Of a stretch of DNA of 64,000 nt, positions 9,976 through 25,163 are shown piece by piece. The stretch covers positions 62,001 through 126,000 of the forward strand of contig JAPETS010000035.1 in the NCBI GenBank assembly GCA_026023565.1, read 5' to 3'. Origin of the DNA: Cirrosporium novae-zelandiae. Its lineage: Eukaryota. Within the stretch, counting starts at the first letter, position 1, and the number at the start of each line of letters is the position of its first letter. The notes under the pieces were generated by a model. That model worked only from the letters and a program-made list of their open reading frames with translations. It was not told the origin of the DNA and did no database searches. The position numbers and the translations under genes were made by a program.

Positions 9976-12900
9976 ATGGCTCAGAAACGCTTAGCTGCTG
10001 AGGCAGCACTGCTTGAATGGGTATGTAACTTCCAATTCTTTTAACATCACATAGTATTCCCCTGCATTGTACGGATGCATATCATATAAAGATTGTCTAG
10101 CTAATGTTTTCTACTCTTACAGGTCAACAGCTTATCCGCCGGTTCTCCCGCCACTAATGTGAGCTCTTTGACAGAGCTCCGCGACGGAATATATCTCTGG
10201 AAGGTCCTACGTGAGTTCCCCCACCCCCAATGATTAAGTACGCGCAATTGCTGAAACTGCTTATTAGGTGACATCGACCCCGACCACTTTAAAGAAGACC
10301 TTCCCGAACCTCAACCGAAGGAATGGCTCCCAAGATGGCAAAATAGTAAGTCCGCTTCGAATATCCCCTTTGAATACAGATGAATGCTAACAGCTGAGTA
10401 GTGAAACATGTACAAAAAGCCCTCTCGACATACGTGAGAGACAAGTGCAATCTTCCGTTACCCGAAGATGTCGCCGACATCAACGCTATAGCCACAGATG
10501 GCTCAGTTGAAGAGATGATCAAGGTAAGAATATGAAGAATACCATGTAAAAGGAGCCGTGCTAACTGTTCTGTAGCTTGTTAAACTCGTCGTAGCCGCCG
10601 CTATCAATTCCCCGAACACGAACCACTATATCGAAGAGATGATAAAGCTTTCAGAATCAAGCCAGGTGGCTATCAAGGAAGTCATTGAAGAGGTACTCCC
10701 TCTAACCTACGCCAGACCATCCGAGGACTATACTGATGACTCGTTTCAGATACATACAGTATCTGATGATAATCCCGAACTTACTGCATCCAATGAACCA
10801 AGCTCCGATGTTCTTGGAAGTGGCCTGACCGTCGACCGCGAATTAGTATTTGAGGAACGCATTGCTCAACTTTTATCAGATAACGACGGATGGAAGAGAA
10901 AAGTGACTGAACTGGAGGCTGACCTTCATGTTCTCCACAACAGACACTCCCGTCTTCAAGAGCATAATGCAAGAGACCCCATAACTATTGAACTGGAAAC
11001 CTAGGCTAACTTTTGATAGGAATTTTTACAAACTCGCCTCGCCGAGGCTGAAGACCGCGAAGCTATAAAAGCGAGAAGCGGCGATCATTCCACGAAAGCT
11101 TTAGAGGCTAAGTTGTAAGTATCCCTTGCTGTCAAGATTTCAGGGCTAACATCGAATAGGCAAAACCAAGAAGAACTTATTGCTCGACAAGAAATCCAAC
11201 TAGCCGATCAATCGGTAACCATTGACTCCTTGGAGAAAACGGTAAGTATCACTGAAAATCCGATATCCCCATTTTCATTCCCCATTTTTGTGCATTATAC
11301 TAACTTATTCAGGGCGAAACTCTTCGAGCAAAGGCCGACAAGGCACAAAAACTTCGCGATGAACTTGATGTTGTCAAAATCGAGAGAGACAATTTCGCCA
11401 AAAAAGCTAATACTGTTGACAAATATAAGCAGAAACTTCAGGCAAGCCAGGATATCGAAAAGGATAATCGAAACCTTCGTAATGAGCTCGAAGAAATCCG
11501 TGCAGAGAAACAAGAACTCGGCGCCAAGGCCGAAAAGGCAGCTGGTTATCAACTTGCCCTCAGTGGATATAAGAAACTGATAGAAAGGTTGGAGCAAGAT
11601 AATTTCGATGCATTAACACTTAAGAAACAGCTGGAGTTTGACAATATGACGTTATCACAGCGATTACAGAACCAGCAGGAACAAAGCGCACACGATGAAA
11701 GAACTATTGCTTTACTCCAAGAACGCAACAGAGAGCTTGAATCTGGAATTACCCCACAGCCAGCCGGCGACCTTCAGAGTGAACTCGATACGAAAAACAC
11801 GAGAGAAAAGACTATGAAGCAGCAAATTTCGATGCTCAAGTCACAAGTTGAAGAGTTGAATGCGCCTAGTGATGCGGCTGCACAAAGTGTGGTCCTTCAA
11901 GAGCTGCTGGAAGATGCTAACCAAAGATATGATACTCTTAACCAGAAGCACATGAAGCTCCTTGACGAGAAACTGGGGCTCGAGAACACTCTAAAGGACG
12001 TCCACGACGGAAATCCAGTTACAAGGCACGGCTCTCTACCACCTAAGTTAAGATGTCTAACTGACACTTTTACTAGCTCGGAAAGATACTACAAGATGAA
12101 TGAGGAACTTTTAGCCACAAAGAACAAGCTCTCCGAGATACAAAAGGAGCTTGAGGATACCAAGTCCGAGCTCGAAACAGCTAAGGCCGACCGTAAGTTT
12201 TTCAAACCCCTTAATTCTGAATTGTGCAAGCTCGCTAACGCCTCAATAGTATCCTTGGTTGGCAAAGACAAGCTCGACGTCCTGGAGGAACTTAAGAAAC
12301 AGGCATCTGCCGGTGTTGATAACCTTCAGGGTAAACTTGACAACTCACAGGAAAGAATGGAGGCTCTCAAAGAAGATTTGAAGCAACATAAAGCACTCTT
12401 GCGCGATGCTCTTCATGAGAAATCTCAGCTACAAAAAGCTCTTGAGTTTCAAGGAAATGAGGCCCAGGAACAGGACAAAGAAGTTCAACGCGCTATTGAA
12501 CTCATCAAGGCTGCCTCACCTCCCCTACCAGCTAGCACGAACCTTGCTTTTGAGAAACAGATGCAGACCGTTTCATCGGTGATTGAGACTGGCAGGCAAA
12601 GACTTGCAAAACGTGCAGAGGTACATTCTACTCTCCTACCTGCTTCTCCAACTCCCACAGCTTCCCCTATCTCAGAATGGCCTCGTCCGGCCGTTCCATC
12701 ACCTTATAGAAAGCCTAGACGGCCCCTTGTCATTTCGTCTAATATTCCTGCCCGCCCTTCCGCTGCTGCTATTGCCCCCAATCGTCATCATCCCCCATAT
12801 ATCCCAACTGATCCCTCGATTCCTCCTGCTATTCCCCAATTCTCTTCTCCTCAGCCTATAGCCACGCAAGCTCGCCTCAAGGCATTTTTTAGGAGTTACC

Positions 12901-13442
12901 GTCGTTAGCTTATTACTAATTTTAATGTAGTATATCAAAAAGCAGAATACCGCGCTCAAGGAATTACAAATGCGCCTCAAGGAAGCCGAAGAAGACAAGC
13001 TGAAAGAGACAGCTAGTGAAGCTCAACTAAAGGCCCAAGAGCAAGAAGTATGCTTAATATTTAATTTTAATTTTCGATATGCTCCGTCTTTTTGGCGGTT
13101 AATATACTCCATGCAAAGGGGGCTACTTGACTAACGCTATTATCCCCCACAACAGAGAGAAGAATTGCGAAACCTACAACGGGAGAATGCACTTATTGTT
13201 TCGGCATGGTACGATCTGACGACTCGGATCCAAAGCAACAATGTCACGGTTCAGCGTTTCAAGTATGAACCTCGAAGTTTCCTACACAAGCAGCGGCAAA
13301 TGCTGAACACTTTGGCGGTAAGCACTTCCTATGTGTTTGATATTTTGATTTCCTATTGTTTTTTCCCGCACTTGCCCCTTATTTATAGATAGCGATGAAT
13401 GGCTGATTTTATATGATGTGCCATGTGTAATAGAAACGATAG
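9976..13442 (+). CDS. hookA: Hook-family dynein/early-endosome adaptor (HookA/Hok1-like)
   Basis: About 13 introns; spliced N-terminus MAQKRLAAEAALLEW/VNSL...LRDGIYLWKVL..IDPDHF fits the Hook CH-like domain; long coiled coil (KLRDELDVVKIERD, KANTVDKYKQKLQ); C-terminal LQRENALIVSAWYDLTTRIQSNNV...PRSFLHKQRQ is typical of fungal Hook proteins. Confidence 0.88.
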
Positions 13443-14112
13443 CATTTTTATTTGGGACCTTTGAAGTGACGTTCTGGTATGAGTCAATTGTAGACGTTGG
13501 ATGTTATTTATTGATATGTGGAAGGACTTGTGTATGACGACCCATTGCATGCGGAAGGAGGCGTTTGTGTTCTAAAGCGTAAGACTCATCTGACTATACC
13601 CCATTTCTTCTACTAGATTTTCAACAAGGCGTGAAAATCGGATTTACATGGAGTAGACCAGTGATGGTGATGGCGATGGTGACGGTGATGGTGATGATGA
13701 CGATGACTTTCTCTCTTGGTGCATTTCCCCCCTTGTCCTCCGTGTTCTTGTTCATATTAATAGAGGGTACAGTTACATACGGAAGTATTCTAAGACGGGG
13801 ACTCGCACACGCTGTAGATTCCAAGAAAATGCGTAGACAGTAGATACATGTACAGTGCGGGTCGAGCAGCAAGTGAAATGCCCGCCCGGCAAAATAGTTG
13901 TTCCAGTAGAGCCAGAGGAAACGACTTGTTGCTCTCTTGCTCAGACATCTCCACTCTTCCAGGTTAATACTACAATTATCTTGTTGGGAAGCAGAATTTT
14001 AAAGAATACTGCCAATTGGGTTGCGGCTGTCCGAATCAGCGCATGGAGATGATCTCCAGGTCGCTCCAGGGATTGTCAACAAACCATGTTCTTCGTTACA
14101 GTGCCATTAAAG

Positions 14113-15556
14113 ATGCCCTGGTCCCAATTATGCTTACGGGCGCCACAGCAAATAAGACGTCTCCAAAGATTCAATTCATCTTCTCTTCTGCAATCCTCCC
14201 ATCATGTTCATAGACAAGCAGCTTTTTCCACGGACCCCGCTAGTTCCGGCCCACAAAAAGCACCTGATTCCACACCAATGCGCGGGGAGGTCCGCGGCAA
14301 CACCATATGGACCCCGGGTATGAGAATAGTAATTGGAAGCATTCTCATTGGAGCGCTGATGTACAGTATGGTTCGTCATATATCCTTCCTTTCTTCCCCC
14401 ACCTTCTCTGATATCCTCCTTCTTATCACCTCTCCCCTCGTGCTCTTTACCAACCCTGCTCACCCAAAGGAACCTCTTCTCCGCTTTCAATTGGCATTGA
14501 TCGAACGTTGATTTCTCTCTCAAAATGTCACAGCTCACATCCGAAGTTGAAAATGCTGCCCCGCCCTCGATCCATGAACGGGATCAAGCCTCGAAGCGCG
14601 AAAGCGGCGTGACTCCCTCCTCCAACATGCGACTGCGCATGGAAAAGTTCATAAAGGAACAGCAAAAAGAGATTGTTGCTGGACTGGAAAAAGTTGACGG
14701 CAAGAAATTTCGCGCTGATGAATGGACACGCGAGAACGGTGGTGGTGGAATCTCCTGTGTGTTGCAGGATGGGAACGTGTTTGAAAAGGCTGGTGTGAAT
14801 GTGTCTGTGGTGTATGGGACGCTTCCCCGCAAGGCCGTCGAGACTATGCGGGTGAATCACAAGGCCATGATGGCTCCCGGTGTCGATACACTCGAATTTT
14901 TTGCCGCAGGGCTTAGCATGGTTCTTCATCCCTACAACCCCATGGCGCCTACAGTACATCTAAACTACCGATACTTTGAAACGGCAGATGTGTCGGGAAA
15001 CACCACTGCATGGTGGTATGGTGGTGGATGTGATCTTACTCCATCCTATCTCTTCGACGAAGACGCCATACATTTCCATAAGACCATCAAGGAAGCGTGC
15101 GATAAGCATGACCCCGCCTACTATCCCCGCTTCAAGAAATGGTGTGACGAATATTTCTATGTCAAACACCGTGGCGAATCTCGTGGGATTGGTGGCATCT
15201 TCTTCGATGACCTCGACCAAACGGAGAAGGATCAGGAACAGCTCTTTGCCTATATCCAGGACTGCCTTAAAGCCTTCCTGCCCTCCTACGTCCCAATCAT
15301 CGAACGACGGAAGAATATGCCCTACACCGAGAACGAGAAGGCGTGGCAGCAGTTAAGGAGAGGCAGATACGTTGAGTTCAACCTAATTTATGATAGGGGT
15401 ACCAAGTTCGGGTTAAACACACCGGGATCGAGGATCGAGAGTATCCTGATGAGTTTACCTTTGACGGCCAGATGGCAGTATATGCATGAACCAGAAAAGG
15501 GAACGAGAGAGGAGAGGTTACTGGAGGTATTAAAGACGCCTAAAGAGTGGGTGTAA
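14113..15556 (+). CDS. HEM13: Coproporphyrinogen III oxidase (aerobic)
   Basis: Core ORF 14525-15556 has [69 protein letters not shown]. Inferred exon 1 (14113-14370) joins via phase-0 intron 14371-14533. Confidence 0.95.
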
Positions 15557-16509
15557 TTGATTGGGACGACGACGAATAAGAAATACTGTACTGTACAATT
15601 TAAAAAAAATACCTATGAACTATGAAGCATGAACTATGTCCCCATGATTTACATCCTTTGGTCAACGTCGTTGGGGGATGCTGTTGAGGATTAATATATA
15701 CGTATGTATCGATACAAGATGCATCGGCTTTACAAGTGTAGTTATAAGAGGATGGTAGATGGTAGATGGTAGATGGTACCTGCCTTAAGGCCAAAGCCAC
15801 ATTATCAAAGGACAAGTCAACAAAGGGCGAAAGGGCCAAAGGACTAAAGCAGTTCCCGTTTCATTTAGATAATTATCCCAATGGTATCTTTGCACTCCTT
15901 TGCAGGTGACAAAGAAAAAAGAGACCAACCCAAGTCAGACGATACGAGGGATGCGGCTGAGTGTATAGGTAACTAAGAACTCTGATTGTGGAAAACACGT
16001 CATTTGATGATACTTTGGATACTGAGACAAGATCTATCCAGTCAGTATTCCAGAGAGTCAGACAGATGATTCTGAATATTAATATTCACAGCAAATCTCC
16101 AACGAGCAAAGACCTTCACCTTCATTTTAAATTTCACTTGGTTTACCTAAAAAGCATTTAAGCGACTCAAGGCCACTCATCATTCATCACTTCATCACAT
16201 TCACCCAATCCATTACTTATTTGATTACGCGGGGTTCCTGCCTTCTGCCTTCTGCTTTCTGCCTTCTGCCTGCCTGACTCCGACCACCGCTCTCCCTCTA
16301 TTTCTCTCCCTCTCAACCCTCCAACTTCCCTTGTGCTTCAACCTATCCCCCCCCCCCACCCCTCCCAACCACCACCTCATCAACTCACCGACAATCCCAC
16401 CAACTAAACTACTCCCCAACACCGCTCATCCATCTACATCTATCCTCGTTGACATTTCACCTGTTGAATTTTCAAACCAAATCTCTAAATACCCTAAACA
16501 CCATTCAAC

Positions 16510-17110
<601 letters not shown>

Positions 17111-18043
17111 GCGCGCACACACCTCTCCCGGAAACCGGTACTCTTTGGGGATCTCTGTCATGGGCGTTAAAGGGAATCAGTCTAGTCTATCTATTTGTTC
17201 TTGTTTGCCGGGGAATGATGATTGATGGCATGGCTTAAATGGCATCACGGGGGATGGTAACTAGAATGTCTAACGATGAGAGGATGTGGAGGGGGAAGGA
17301 GAGCAAAGGGCTCGGCCTCTTGAGTTTATTGATTACTTTTTTCGGTTCCCTTTTTTTCCTCTTCTTCATTCGACTCGGCGTCATCTGTTACTTTGATGGG
17401 GCCTTTGAAACTCTCTACCGCTTTCTGGGGGTAGCAACATATTGAAGTCGAATGGAATACTCGATAAATCAGGGGCTGCTGTTTTCTTTTTCCTCCTCGG
17501 GATCGAGGATGACATTCCGAGAAGTCGATGAGGATGCTTAGTTCCAGATGGGTACTACTACTTCGATAATCTAAAGTGCAGTTCAAGCTTTATAGGAACA
17601 CCCATGATAGATCTGAAAAATAAGTAGCTTCTCTCTCTCTACTCGGCCCCGTATCAAAAAAAAAAAAGGGTCAGATAATCATGGGTAAAAAAGACGTCTC
17701 AGATACTATATTTCGCCCGAATCATGACGGACGAGGTTTGGATTTTTCATAGGAGCGACGGCGTTCGAAATAAGTGTATCTGACAAAAAAAGAACACAGC
17801 AGTAGGCTCTTTCCTCTCGCATCCCTTGCCACCAATCAATCCACCACCATTTTCAAATCGTCATATCAATCATAACCGTACTGATCGTCCCACCCTGATT
17901 GCCTTCTGCCACAACTCAAATCAAATCAACCAGGGGCCCTTTTTCGTGCCTTGTTTCCCCGATTCTAGACCAGAACCCCCACATTCTAAAAAGAGCTTTG
18001 TACGATGCGACGCTGAAGGATGGCCATGGGTGTGACCATTGGC

Positions 18044-18881
18044 TTAGTGCTTGCCCTTGCTGATCTTTCCGAGTACTTCCTCGTACTCGATTTCGGAGGG
18101 GTCGTTGGCTTGGACTTCGGCTGCGATGCCGTTGAGGGAGCGCTTGATGGCATCTTTGGAGGAGGAGTAGGTCATCTTGGGCTGTGGATTGGGAAGGAGG
18201 GGGAGGAGATGTTAGTGACTATTTTTTATTGGTCAAAAGTAGGATAGGCTAGAACTCACCCATGTTGCAGCATCATCTGGCGACCAGGCGATGAAGGTAA
18301 TCTTGCTTCTATGGTACAGTAGGATGCGTTAGCTCAAAATATCCCCATTTAGATATCTGCATGAAACTTTGTTTTTTTTTTGTTTATTTACCTTTTTCCC
18401 TCACCCTCAGCCAACTCGTAGTCGAAATCGTAGACCGCATATCGGGGGCCAGGACCCTCCTTGCCTTGCTTCGTCTTTGATTTTGCTTGCTCGAGTTTTG
18501 TTCGGAAGGTCTCCCAGTCGCCATCCTTGGATGTCTCCTCAACGATGATTTCTTTGTAGTCGTCGGATAATCGATAGATGATGTATTTTAGAGTGCCTTT
18601 GCCGAGTTTGAGCTCGTTGAAGGCGGTGATGCACTCAGGTGCGACAGATACGCTGTGGTTTTGATTATAGAGTCAGTGGGGGTTGGGTCATGGGGAAGAA
18701 GGCCATCTGGCGATTAGGATTTAGTGGGTTTAGGGGGCTAGAAAAAGTGATCTATCGATCAGGTGGATGGAGGACAAAGATAGAGAGGTAGGGGAGGATG
18801 CGTACCCGGAGGCATTCTATTGTTTTTGCATGTCAGTCTTCAACATTTACTGAACAAGGAGAGATAAAGAGAGCTCACCAT
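18044..18881 (-). CDS. COF1: Cofilin (ADF-H domain)
   Basis: Not in ORF track. Spliced exons 18881-18879 (ATG), 18816-18806, 18652-18392, 18308-18260, 18181-18044 give [32 protein letters not shown]...[10 protein letters not shown]...[12 protein letters not shown]...[18 protein letters not shown]. Confidence 0.95.
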
Positions 18882-19730
18882 GGCTGCTGTCTCGAATCGG
18901 TGAAACTTTGTATGAGAAGAGAGATGTGGATACTGGGAGGATGAGACAACGTCAGCCGTTGGGACTTGAGATGGGGTGATAACGGGTGTAGAGTGCGGAC
19001 AGGTCCAAAAGGTCGAGGGACAGAAATTGAATTTATATTACCTTTGATGTTTACGATGAGTCGACAGGGCGACGATGACGAGGATGGATTTTATGAGCAA
19101 TTAGGGACGTTGTTGAGTTTCCACGGGGTCTTCTCAAGGCGGCCAAAAATCTTGGAGGGGATAGTGGGGGGGGGGAGGAACATAGCGGTCAGGTCACGTG
19201 CCAAATATGGTGACGGATCTTACGCTTCTCTGATTCCATGTAGTAATAGCTACTGATCATCTTTTACTTGCCTATTCGGCTTCATTTCTTCTTTCGAGAA
19301 TAATATTCTTCTATTCTATCTGCCTGTTTGTTAGTGTGGACTGTTTTCTCAATCTTGTAGCGATGCCTCTTCAGAGCCCTTCTCTTAGACATCAAGTTTT
19401 TTCGACAGAGTCAATCTTCATACAAAATCTTAGCCAGGATACATCATATCCGTGAATAATAATAGATAATCTAATACTATTGATAGAAAGGGTGGTCATT
19501 TATATTTTTATTCCTTTTACTTCGTCCTAATTCTATGCAAAGCGCTCCGTCGCTATGATACAAAACGTATAATACAGTCGTCAACTCGCTTTTGCTTTTG
19601 GGTAATAGGAAAACAACCGTAGAAAAAAATAGAGTGGAGATTCCATCGGAGACATTCATTTATTAACATCCTCATTACCTTAATAACCCTACCACATACG
19701 CCTCGTTGCGAAGGAAGAGTTATTGGTTGC

Positions 19731-21685
<1,955 letters not shown>

Positions 21686-21861
21686 CTTGTATTAAACAAT
21701 GATTTGAGATGAGTGAAAAGAAAAGAAGAATCTGGAGTAATGATGGAAGAAGATTGATCAAGTGGAGGGGCAATTGTAGATCAAGAGGAAGAAAGAGGAA
21801 TGACGGTAAAAAGGAAAAATATAAGACCTAAAGCTTTTGAGGTCCAAAAATTTGCATCAAT

Positions 21862-21879
21862 GAATATCCGGAAGGTTCT
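21862..21879. promoter_or_regulatory. Heat-shock-element-like site upstream of HSP60
   Basis: GAATATCCGGAAGGTTCT: two perfect nGAAn/nTTCn units plus an imperfect one, ~180 bp upstream of the HSP60 ATG. Confidence 0.4.
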
Positions 21880-22716
21880 ATTAGTTTAGCTCCGAGGGGA
21901 AAGTCGATCTTTTTCTGTCCAGGGATTAGATTGCGGCTAAAGCCGCATTACATCTCTAAGCGAAAGTTGGAGATGAAGAAGTGAAGAAAGACAGCAGACC
22001 AAACATTTTTAAAGAGAATTCCCTCTTCAACTCCACAATAGTATCAAATTCAATAATTCAGTAATCCGTTTTCATAGTCAATATCAAAAGGAACAAAATC
22101 TAAAAAATGCCCTAAGAATTTAGAGCTTGTTTGTCTGCACTTTACCATGAACATTCTCATGAGAGTATCTACTACGCAGGGAGGTTTCAAAGCTGATGGT
22201 AAGCCTGTCTTGGAATCAAAGTACTAACATTTGCGCTGACCTTTTGCTAGTCATAAGGTAACGCTGGAAACTGTCTCATGGGAACCTTTATCGAGCATAC
22301 ACTCTCGCTCGCCCTATGATGAACGTCACACGCTAAGGTCAAGGAATAAAAAAGCCAGTCTTCCTCAAAGTGAGTGATATACCTCCGACAATAGAGAAGA
22401 TATCAAGCCATGAAAAGAAAACCGGAAAGATGCATCTGAGTGGGCCACATTGCCATTGGTAGGAGGATATACAGCCACGTCGTGAATGAAGAGGGAATGA
22501 AAGAAGATGTCCAGGCCCTAGCGATACTTCATTGTTTCCAAATGGAATCATAGGAATAACGCCGTCCGAATTTCCTGAATCCCAGATGAGATATACCTAT
22601 ATCGAGAGTCAGCGAATTCGTCACCAAATCAACAATCAAACATACGAATCAGCTCGTCATAAATCCGCTTTCGAGTTAATTGAGGCGTTGGTGACTGGCA
22701 TCAGAGTCCTTACTGT

Positions 22717-24151
22717 TTACTCAAAATCTAACTCGTCCTCGTACCCGAAGTTGTATGCATCAAGGTGTAGGTCACTTGCAGCGGAAAAGAGACTGGGAAA
22801 TGTGGGATCTGAAGGCATACTAGGCAAGCCATTGACCTCAGCATTCAGGCCAAGACTATCGAGAACCCCCAAGGGCGAAACCATAGGGATGTTGGCGTTC
22901 AATGTGTTGGGATATGCATGATATGCATGCATAGGCAAGAAGCCCGGTGAGGGCTGGGTCAGGCTACCGAAGGAACCATCTGATGTGTTTGCATACATAG
23001 CAGCAGGGTGGATACCATTAGTGCTGTTTGAATAGTCTATTTGGTGATGAGCATGTTGGGGCAAATTGCTGTTGAATAACGTATTGCGAGATACTGGGTT
23101 CTCATCTTCCACCTTCATCTCGTTATCTGGTATCTTGTCAGACTTAATTATTTGAGATTCCTTCAAAGATCATCACATACCTTTACCATTCTCTCCTGCT
23201 GGGAAATGCAATAGCCCTGCTGGATACTGCTCAGACCCTTTGCGGATCTTTAGCACCACCATCTTTGATGGCGACAAGGATTCGGAAGCTGGTGTACCTT
23301 TGAAGGAAGTGTCGCTGTCAGACTTGCTGTGCTCCACAGCTTCCTCGTCCTCGTCGTTTCCCATATTCCCGCTTTGCTCCTCGTTATTTCCGTCGTAACT
23401 TTCGTCATTCTCCTCGTTACTATCCTCCTTGAATGTGGTACGGCGCTTTTTTGCTTTGCGAGTTGGACGAGTTGGAGGAGCTTTCTTCCCTTTATGCTTG
23501 CGTTTAGGATAGTCCTCATCAGAGTCCATCGTCTCACTGGTGTCCTCGCTTTCGTCACTGGAAGCAGATGATGAACGAGCACGAGATTTTGGTCCCCTCT
23601 TGTGGCCTTGCTTTGGCGCTGATTTACGAATTCCGCCTCTCTTGATACTAGGGGTCTGCTCAGCCTCATGACCGGAACGTTTCTGATAGCCACCTCCGCT
23701 CAGATTCCCACGAATAGTTGCCGTACCGCCACGCTTTAATGGAGGAGGTACATCGAATCCCTCTGCAACCATACGCTGGCGAAGTTTTGCTAAATGCTGG
23801 ACGGCAGCGCCTCCGGTAATTTGAGGATCAACCTCTTTCGCAATCGCGTCCCAATCTAATTTCTTTCCCTGCTGATTGCAGACAGATTGGATGGCAAGTA
23901 GCAATTTCTTATCGTCAGAATCTATGCCATTCACCAAAGTTAGCCTAGATATACGAACCTTTTCCAGGTCTTTTGATCCAAGAGACTCAAGAGTCATGGC
24001 GGTGCATAACCTTTGAGATTTTTGCGAAGCCGCATACTTTAGACCTGAAAAAGGGTTTGGTGTATGACATTTACTTACCTTCCCAGCGCATCAGGTAGCG
24101 ACCACCATGGCGACTACTCTCAGCCTTTTTCTTACTGGTTGTCTCACTCAT
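22717..24151 (-). CDS. Myb/SANT-like cluster gene A
   Basis: Exons 24151-24079, 23921-23181, 23126-22717. MSETTSKKKAESSRHGGRYLMRWE/DSDDKKLLLAIQSVCNQQGKKLDWDAIAKEVDPQITGGAAVQHLAKLRQRM, then basic/acidic disordered tail. Confidence 0.8.
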
Positions 24152-25126
24152 TTTTATGCGGTATTGACCTGGATAACTAAATATAACAAGTTAGTCGTTG
24201 AACATCCCGAAATGGATAGCTATAGACAGCATTTACTGCCTTAGGATATCAATGCCAAGAATAGAGGCCGACAATATGCGAGACCAGATGAATACCAGAA
24301 TTGCGGGGTAGAACATGGAATAGAGTGAATTTGGGGATGTTCCATTCTCGGAGGGTGAAGCTAAGGTTGGAGAGGTGGGTTCAACACCAGTCGTGCTCTA
24401 CTTGAGCTCCGAATCTCGGTGACAGCGACAGCGACACCTAGCACAACTGATGGACTCGAGATGAGACTGTCGATGCTAAGGTTGCTGTCGCTTACTCCAT
24501 TTTGACGAAGCAAAGACATGAGGATTGATGAACATACCTTGTGTTATGGGTGGTTGAGTAGACTGGTGTTGCAGAAGTAGTATGGTGCACCCAATCAATT
24601 GAGGTTGTTGGCAATACTAGTAGTCAAGAAGATAAGTGATGAGGTGAAAGTGAGGTTGGTCAATACCCTGCTCCTTGGAGTAGGGTATTGAGCAACGGAA
24701 AAGTATTTGACTTGAGGTTGTGGGTTGCTAGGCTGTTGTGACAATGAAAATGTGTTTGTTGAGGATGGGGATGAGGAAAAAGAAGACCAGACGAAACCCT
24801 TCGAGCCCTCGAGCTTGCGCCAGCCAAAACTGGACTCGAGCACATGCGATGTAGTCAATTCATTATCTACAGGTCCTGTCTAAGTGAATGATATGGCTTT
24901 CTTTCAATAGTGCCATGAGATGGTCTTGTTTGTTCCCAATATCAAACCTGCATGTTGTAATCCCAATTTTGTCAGTAGACAATGGAAGTGTAAAAGACAC
25001 GTTATTCTCCTTATGATCTACCACTATTACCCATCTCCATACAGACATTCTCAATTTCCAGAGCCAGAAGGTGTTGATTCTAGAGCGCAAAGGGGGATGC
25101 TATCCGCCTTTGTAAATTTCATTGGT

Positions 25127-25163
25127 GCGCGTCTAGTTTAGGGTTGCCTAAATATAGACGCGC
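25127..25163. repeat. Imperfect inverted repeat with CGCG arms upstream of gene A
   Basis: GCGCGTCTAGTTTAGG-gttg-CCTAAATATAGACGCGC; arms are reverse complements apart from one bulge and one G.T pair. Confidence 0.7.

Noticed and set aside
13621..13872. Overlapping small ORFs with VMVM/ITIT repeats
   Set aside because: Produced by a degenerate (GTGATG)n SSR in the Hook-HEM13 intergenic region.
19054..19064. TCGACTCATC upstream of cofilin as another copy of the cluster motif
   Set aside because: Spacing is 2 nt shorter than the consensus; kept only as a caution that the half-sites occur by chance.
23127..23180. In-frame TGA-TGA between ORFs 23173-23997 and 22717-23166, suggesting readthrough, editing or a pseudogene
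   Set aside because: The stops lie in a normal 54-nt intron (GTATGT...CTGAC...CAG) whose removal restores the frame.
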